Source: Octopus bimaculoides (taxonomy: Eukaryota). From it: DNA of 64,000 nt. The position numbers and the translations under genes were made by a program. The notes under the pieces were generated by a model. The model did not search any database. It saw only the letters and a list, made by a program, of their open reading frames with translations, and was not told the DNA's origin. Of this stretch, positions 55,286-64,000 are shown piece by piece. How positions within the stretch are numbered: the stretch's first letter is position 1; every line of letters begins with the position of its first letter. The stretch covers positions 87,516,972 to 87,580,971 of the forward strand of contig NC_068988.1 in NCBI RefSeq assembly GCF_001194135.2. Reading direction: 5' to 3'.

Positions 55286-58200
55286 ATGATGGAATAAGTA
55301 CCAGACTTGAAAATAAGTCCTGGGGTTGATTTGTTTGATTAAACCCTTCAATGGCTGAAACAAGTAAAAGATGCAAGATAGAATGAAGCTGAAACCACAT
55401 GCATCTTTAATATTATTCTATGGCTGAAGCTTAAATTGTAATATGTTGTACTATTTTTATAAAAAAGTGAAGCATAGTGCCTGTCCTGCTGAACTGTGGA
55501 TTCTAAGAAAATCTATCTGTAATGAATGGATGGTTCTTAGCCATTCAAAGATGAGGATTCAGTTGTTGAAATAACTGAATTGTCTGCTCATTGAATTACC
55601 ATGTAAGTGGCTGAGTATTCCACAGACATGTGTAGCCTTTGTGTAATTCTCAGACAGAATCAATATGACAATGTTTGACAAGGTAAAGCCCTAGAATTAC
55701 ACTTATAATCCATTGGACACTCTTCTGTTCAATTTCTGTCGACCAAAATGCACTTAGAAAGTTTGGGCTGGGCTGAGGCTACAGAAAATGACATATAACA
55801 CAGTAGGATCAAATCCAGGATCCCAGTTGCTAAACAAACTTCTTAACCATTCAGCCTTACTGAACCTTCTATCCCTTGTATATCATATCTTCTTGTGAAA
55901 AATACAAATAATGAATATTACCTTAAAGGCAAGGTGGGGAATTGATAGAATCATAAGCACTCCAGGCAAAATGTTTAGTGGCATTTCATTTATCTTCATA
56001 TTCTAAGTTTAAATTCTGTCAAGGTCCTACTTACTCCAACTCTAAAATTGCTGGCCTTGTGCCAAAATTTGAAACCAATTACTTAAAGGCATAGTAAGCA
56101 ATGACGATTAAAATAAAGCTTTGTACAGTTTATATTTAGCACATTCATGTCGACTTGAACATGAAAAGACTTTTGCTGTGAATATTGGCCTTATAGACTA
56201 TGATGTTGATGGCATTGTTGGATACGTTTTTGCATCATTGCTCTTCATCAGCTACAGTTACCAAATCCATCATTCGCAGCCCACTGAGAAATATCATTCT
56301 TATAATTAAGGAGCAAATATGTTGTTGTGTGCAAAGCATCGTCATCAAATATGTATAATTAAAGACACACTAAGTAGTGATGATTATAATAAAGGTGTGT
56401 ATATTTATATTTAATTTGTTTGTGTATACTCAAACAGGGAAACGCCTTTGTTGAGGAAACTGTTTCAGGAGAAAAAATTCTCCTCATAGACAATGCATGT
56501 GTGGAAATACACTTGAGACAGTATCTATACTATAAAAGGCAAATTTTCTCTCTGTGTGTATGTTTAAAATTCATACATTTACACAATTCCAAATTTCTTC
56601 GATTAAACAATCGCAATTAATATTCTAAATACAATTTGTTAGGTCACTGCGTCATTTTTTCACTCCCAAAATTTCCTAATAACGAATATAATCCATGAAA
56701 CTACAGCAGTAAACATTTTCTCCCTAATAAAATCTAATTTCCTCTTTCTAATACAAATCCTTTCAACTCCTACTTTCTCTTATGAACCTTTACGGAAAAT
56801 CCAACAACAAATACAAAAAGAAAGGAAGGAGAAAAAAAAAAAAAAAACTATTTCAGTATCAAATCACATTTCGATACTATAATGACAGATACTAAAAGTA
56901 CATACAAAATTACTTTGCCCGTCTAAAATTAACTATTTCTATTCCTCTTACACATCGTTTCAATTGCTACTTTCTCTTATGAACGTTTACAACAATCCAT
57001 GCTTTCTGATCCATGATGCTGGCCTAGCATGCTTGAGGTAAAGGTGCTGTGACTTCAGATTGTTTTTGCCCATCTTCTTTAGTGTACCGTAATAGTGGGC
57101 AGCTTGTGTGTCACTCAAATTATTTATAGTTTCTTCCCCAATTATTCCTAAGGTTCTAAGATCGGAGGTACTAGTAATACACTGGTGTTTACTTCACTTT
57201 ACACGACCACTCCCTCATCTTATAACCTGGAATGTGAAGAGAGATAACTGAACACCATAGATTAGTTTGTCTGGTGCTTTAACCCATTCTGCCATGTCAT
57301 TAAACCATATAGTAATAACAGTTTCAAATTTTGGCACAGTGCCAGTAATTTTAAGAGCATTGGGTTATTCAATTATATTTATCCAAATATTTCTATTTTA
57401 TTGGCCCCCAAAAGGATGAAAGGCAAAGTGAACGTTGGGGAAATTTGAACTCAGGATGTAAAGCTGGAAGGAATGCCGTTAAACATTTTACCTGGCAATG
57501 CTAATGATTCTGCTAGCTTGCTGTCTTCATAATAATGATAACCACTTCATGTTTGAGAAGTTGTAAGCAGGGCTGTGGGTTGTAGTTGGTAAAAATGAAC
57601 TGATTTCACCTGAATGTAAAAAGTTACAGTTAATTTCACAGACATTAATTTGAGAATACTTTTGCTGAACTGCTAAGTTACGGGGACGTAAACACACCAG
57701 CATCAGTTGTCAAGCGATGTTGAGGGGACAGACACATACACACATACATATATACGACGGGCTTCTTTCAGTTTCCGTCTACCAAATCCACTCACAAGGG
57801 TTTGGTCAGCCCAAGGCTATAGTAGAAGACACTTGCCCAAGGTGCCACGCAGTGGGACTGAACCCGGAACCATGTGGATCGGAAGCATGCTACTTACCAC
57901 AGAGCTACTCCTATCATCATCATCACTTAACATCCACCTTCCATGCTAGCATGGATTGGACAATTTGACTGAGGACTGGTGAAACTGGATGGCAACACCA
58001 GGCTCCAATCTAATTTGGCAGAGTTTCTACAGCTGGATGCCCTTCCTAATGCCAACCAAAAAGTTTAGAATGGTATAACAATGCACTATAGAACAAAAAA
58101 TGGACTATATACCTGTTGTAACTTGGTTATCTTTAGTCCAATGATATTTTGGGATTACAATTCCTTCTTCAGATCTTATTTGCTGGAGTCTCTGCTATAA

Positions 58201-59512
58201 AAAAAAAAGGTAAAAAACCCCTTCGGTCATATATGTCTATAGGATTGCGCCTAGAAAGTTCCACTTCAAGGCACAATTCCAGATAAGGTTGGCACCAGTG
58301 ACATCGCAATGTGGAATAAAGTGCATTACTCATGAAAACAACACAAAGCCCAGTCCAGGAACTGAACTCACTGCCAAATGATTGAGAGCTTGACACTCTA
58401 ACCATTCAGCCATGCACCTTCACATGCTTGTAATACTTGTTTATTCACATTGTTTTGAAGTAATCATTCATTATCTCACAGCTTCAAGATATCGATGACC
58501 TGATTCTTTTTAGAACAAACAATCAGTTCAACACAACACGCAGCCCGGTACGGGAATCAAACTCACCTCATGATTGAGAGCCCAACAATCAAACCACTGA
58601 GCCATGTACCTTCACAGCTTGGATAATAAACCAACATTAACAGCACTATATCAAGAATATTACACTATAACAATCCCACCCCCTTTGGTCAGTGAGTGTT
58701 ATTTCCTATTTACTTCTATCTAGAAATCAAAGGAAACAATAACTATTCCCTTCAAACTTTGCTTTTGTAACCTGGACATCAATGTTTTGAAACTGACCAA
58801 TTTTCCATTACATTTCAGACAGATTCAGCACTGAGTTGCTGAAGCAGAAATATCGTTGTAGTAAATATTCTGCTCAATACCACGGTTTTGCTTGTGTTGA
58901 GAGGGAGTCTTTCGGGTTTGAATAAGTGTAACAAAAGCAAAGTTTGAAGAAAATATTAGCCATCTTTCAAACTTCCTTGAGATTGTACAAACAGGAAATA
59001 ACAGTCGCTATCCAAGGAAAGAAATCATGTTACACAGTGTATTTATAAACAATATAAATAATTAAAACCACAAAGTTTTTTTTTTCTTCAAAAAACGTAG
59101 TCTTTAATAAAATAAAATTTTAAAGAAAGAAATTGAAACATAATATATATATATATATATACACACACTTATGCATTGTTGTATATGGAAACCATGTACT
59201 TAATATCCTGTGTTTCATGTATATATATATATACATATGTATGTGTGTGTGTTTGTATACACATACATACACACACACACACACATATATATATATAATA
59301 CACAATTGTACATATCTGTATGTACACATGGCTTTATGCAGCCACACAAACACACACTCAATATACACATATCTACACTGATGTGCATTTGTGTATATAA
59401 CTACATTGCTATGCATGTATAATATATATACACACACACATGCACATATATGCATATATACATACGTATTCTAGTTTCACATATCCACATTTGCTGCATC
59501 TCTCTCTGTATA

Positions 59513-59560
<48 letters not shown>

Positions 59561-62433
59561 NNNNNNNNNNNNNNNNNNNNNNNNNNNNNNNNNNNNNNNN
59601 NNNNNNNNNNNNNNNNNNNNNNNNNNNNNNNNNNNNNNNNNNNNNNNNNNNNNNNNNNNNNNNNNNNNNNNNNNNNNNNNNNNNNNNNNNNNNNNNNNNN
59701 NNNNNNNNNNNNNNNNNNNNNNNNNNNNNNNNNNNNNNNNNNNNNNNNNNNNNNNNNNNNNNNNNNNNNNNNNNNNNNNNNNNNNNNNNNNNNNNNNNNN
59801 NNNNNNNNNNNNNNNNNNNNNNNNNNNNNNNNNNNNNNNNNNNNNNNNNNNNNNNNNNNNNNNNNNNNNNNNNNNNNNNNNNNNNNNNNNNNNNNNNNNN
59901 NNNNNNNNNNNNNNNNNNNNNNNNNNNNNNNNNNNNNNNNNNNNNNNNNNNNNNNNNNNNNNNNNNNNNNNNNNNNNNNNNNNNNNNNNNNNNNNNNNNN
60001 NNNNNNNNNNNNNNNNNNNNNNNNNNNNNNNNNNNNNNNNNNNNNNNNNNNNACTTTCTGTTGATGTCGACGTCCACCTCGTTGCGAATGACGACGAGAA
60101 AGAAGGGAAGAGAGGAATATTCTGCCAAGACCACCACCATCACCGCAGTACCCCATTACCCACCCCTGGAACAGGTCAAATAGTGGGGGGAAGGGGTGAA
60201 GGGTTCTACCATTATTATTATTATTATTTTCGTATTATTTATCACGGGACTATCTAGGGCTTTTTTTTTTTTCTTGGAAAATTTTTTTTTTGTTTTAGCT
60301 CTTTTCAAATGCTACAGTTCTCTATTGTCTGTCTGTGTGTCTGTCTGTCAGCTCTGCTCCACTGTTTCCTTACACCACATCCACTGCACTGGGAGGGGAG
60401 AGAGAGAGAGAGAGATATCTACATTGATTAATTCAAATGTAAGGTGATAACTGGTCGGCTCTTTCAGCCACACACATACACACGCAATATGTTCTGGCTA
60501 TGGGCTGCTACTCCATCCATGTGACACTCAGTAAGAGGAGAGAGAGAGAGTGGGGCATCCTTGTCACGATCCTCATCTGCTAGCTTGAGCACATCCAAAT
60601 GTCAACGCCATCTCTGTTTGAAAAGGTAAGACATTTGAGAAGGGGAGATAATAAAAATAAAGGCAACAAGACCTGGGTTGACTGGCAGAAGATAGAGAGT
60701 GAGAGAGAACACTGGTTTCCCTCTCTAATTTATATTACTACACTGTAACATACACCCACACAACTTCGCATTATCAGTCGTCTCCTTGTACAGTTAGTCC
60801 AGGGTGGGTGTTGTGAAGAGAACGTTCTCTGCTCTCAGACTGGATGACATAAACTGCCACAGAATTCAATACGTTACCTCTGAAATATCTGCACTAAGTA
60901 GACATTGTGTCAAATGTATTTCTCTGTGCACACGTGCATGGGATAGCAAAAAAGAGAGGGAGAGAGACTGTTGTGCCTGCAAATTGTTCTTGTCTTTAGA
61001 GGAAAGGTTCTCTCCCTGTCAAAGTAAAGTCCTTATGAAAAGCTAAAGAACAAGAGACAAGAGTGCAAATAGCTTCCCAGGATGCAGTGCAATGAAATGG
61101 CCCCCTGCACCAAAATGAATTTTCGTCAATGAATGAATAAAACGAGAAAAATTTTTTTTAAGGGGAGGAACACCCTGGGAAAGAAACAAAAAAAGAAAGC
61201 AATGCCTAAGGGGAAAAAAGAACAAAGTAGGCCACACACCTGACTGTTATAGCTTGGAAACCAACACATAACCGAAAAGGAACGTGCTAGGAAGGAACAT
61301 GCAGAAAAGCTAACCAACAAGAACAATACACTCGGTCTGTTTGTTTCTGTACCTTTCTCTTTCTCTCCATACAAGACATCTCCCTTCATCAACAAATACT
61401 TCCAGCAAAGCAATGCAACCTAGAAGCAAGATATAAAAAAAACAACACAACTAAACGTGTTGTCTAATAGGAACCAACAGACACAACCACAGTGTTCCCT
61501 CATTAACAAAAAAAAAGCGATACTTTTGCCAGCCAAAAGATATTTTTCATAAGGAACCCACAAAATTCCAACCAGACAGAAGCAATATACCTCTAAGAAA
61601 CCCACAAACCCCAGCCAGCCAGAAACAATGTCTATTACAGGATGCCCGGCAAACTCCCACCATCCAGGAGACCAACAAACCTGACCAGCCAGAAGCAATG
61701 TCCATTCAAGGTACAAATAAACATGACCAGCCGAAGCAGTGTCCTTTCGGAACCCCAAGAAACAGAAAGGAATGTCCCCCACTACCAAGAAATAAACCTT
61801 GCTGATTTAAAGCAAAGCAATATTCACAAAGAAAGCAGTGTAATCAGTTGGTGAGATTTGTAGGCCAAAATCCTGAGAGAAAAATAAACAAAAACATTGT
61901 ATGTGTGTGTGTGCCTGTGTGTGTGGAACAGATTGTCACAATGCAGACAGTTTTTTCTTTCAAGTATTTTCTTTATAAAAAAAGTCAGTTATTTTTTTTT
62001 TCTAAAGTCATTTTTTTTTTCCATTTTCCTTGCATATTACATATTTGTATGTGCCAAATGGCTATTAAAACTGTTTATATAATATATATACACATATATA
62101 TATATATGCACACTTTAATACTGTGTTGACAGTGCATATATGTTTATGACTTTTCTTTTTTTTTTCTTTTAAATCTTATATTTTATTTCAGTCCACTGTT
62201 TTTTCCCACTCATCATTTTCTTTTCTTTTCTTCATTTTATTTTATTTTATTTTTTTTGTGTGCTTCACTCAAAAGAAGAAGAAAAACAAAAAGAGTTTCT
62301 TATCTTTTTTATGAAACACCTTCAGGTGACAAAGTTTTACCAGGCCATGTTTAGCTGTTTAAGTAGTGCAAGATGGAGAGAATATAAGCCGTTTTATTGC
62401 TGTTTGTTATTGGAGGAGATTCTTTTAATATAC

Positions 62434-62484
<51 letters not shown>

Positions 62485-62745
62485 NNNNNNNNNNNNNNNN
62501 NNNNNNNNNNNNNNNNNNNNNNNNNNNNNNNNNNNNNNNNNNNNNNNNNNNNNNNNNNNNNNNNNNNNNNNNNNNNNNNNNNNNNNNNNNNNNNNNNNNN
62601 NNNNNNNNNNNNNNNNNNNNNNNNNNNNNNNNNNNNNNNNNNNNNNNNNNNNNNNNNNNNNNNNNNNNNNNNNNNNNNNNNNNNNNNNNNNNNNNNNNNN
62701 NNNNNNNNNNNNNNNNNNNNNNNNNNNNNNNNNNNNNNNNNNNNN

Positions 62746-62786
<41 letters not shown>

Positions 62787-63349
62787 TATACATACATACA
62801 CACATATATACACACACCTCCCTACATTCGTATGTAAATCCTCAAAAAATACAGAGATCTTATACAGAAATTTCATATTCCTTTCAAAGTTTGTCAGTTA
62901 CATTCTCCCTTGCATGTGCGTGTATGTATAAGTACATACTCATGAGTCTGTATACGTATGTGTTATGTGGGGGTGAGTGAGTGTGTGTGCATGTGTGAAC
63001 AAGCGCATGTATCTAGGTTAGGGGCCATGGCTAAACTTTTGTCACACTTTAGAAATAAATGCATGAAGTTGAAACGGTTTCATAGTTCCATTGGTCAGTG
63101 GTGGTGGTGGTGGTTGTTCTTGTTGTTGTGGACGTGGTTAACAGGGGACGGGGCAGAAGGCGAGGGGGCAGGGAGGTCAAAGCGAAGGAAGCCTGGGTAC
63201 AATATACAGGAACATGACCAGTGTTTGGTGATTGAGGATTAGAGAAAGATAGATTTTGAGAGGCTTCTTGGTACTGTGGAATGATATGGAAAGACACATC
63301 TTGGTTATCAGTATTAATAATAATATTATCATAATATAATAATTAATTA

Positions 63350-63383
<34 letters not shown>

Positions 63384-64000
63384 CATTATTATTATATTTG
63401 TTATTATTTTCGGTGACGAGTCAGCTTTTGTCTTCTCTCAATTCTTGAAAAGAAAAAAAATTTTCGAAATTCAAAATAAAAGTAAAAATAAAGAAAATTA
63501 ACAAAAAAAAATCAAACAAAAACCATTAATGAAATCTTGTTTGATATAAATTGTTGCAGTTGCTACTGCTTACATAGGAAGGCAATGATAATAATAATAA
63601 TAATAAATAATAATAATTGCATTAACTTCACCAAAAAATGAATTTTGTTTTAAGAGAAAGAAATAAAAATATTTAAATAAAAGCTTCAGTTAGTTGAAGT
63701 AGTACGATTTCTAATATATCTTATTATTATTATTCAATGCGTTAAGTAAAAATTAAATTCCTTAAAAAAATGTAACAAAAGAATGTACAAAAGGTATTGT
63801 GTATGAGTGGAGAGAGAGAGAGAAAAAAAGAAGGGGATTAAATGTATATATCAAAATGAATAAAAAAAAAAAAGAAAAAAAGGGAAAAAATCAAAATGAA
63901 GATTAGAATATTACAGAACATCTCACCTCCCTAAACAAACAAAAAAGGACCAAAAAATGGAATATATATATATAAAAAAAAATTTTTTTAAATGTTTCAG

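Noticed and set aside
63049-63297. - strand ORF VSFHIIPQYQ...TTTTTTTDQWNYETVSTSCIYF
   Set aside because: In-frame stops upstream, weak acceptor, partly (ACC)n repeat; more likely UTR

Overview
AT-rich, repeat-dense animal genomic DNA with 13 N-gaps. The SINE families point to an octopus or other coleoid cephalopod (inference, not checked against a database). One protein-coding gene is well supported: glycine dehydrogenase (decarboxylating), the glycine cleavage P protein GLDC, on the + strand. Its last 21 coding exons lie at 350-43324 and splice by hand into one continuous frame of about 819 codons plus TAA; the 5' exons are upstream of the window. Introns and the downstream region hold several tRNA-derived SINE families, two mariner relics, hAT, piggyBac-like and GG-terminal (Merlin-like) non-autonomous DNA transposons, one clear and one probable solo LTR, and RTE and Penelope-like (GIY-YIG) fragments. 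Most notable: (1) a type I hammerhead ribozyme motif with an intact core at 28893-28972, sense to GLDC and half-sequestered in a ~340-nt foldback, plus about seven decayed hammerhead-like relatives; (2) a Merlin-like foldback element with opposed telomere-like arrays nested in a SINE; (3) a free-standing tRNA-Thr-like sequence inside an extended stem; (4) two intronic CpG-rich islands with NRF1/ETS-type motifs. Nearly all ORFs in the supplied track are artefacts of N-gaps, microsatellites or SINEs. All alignments and folds were done by eye.
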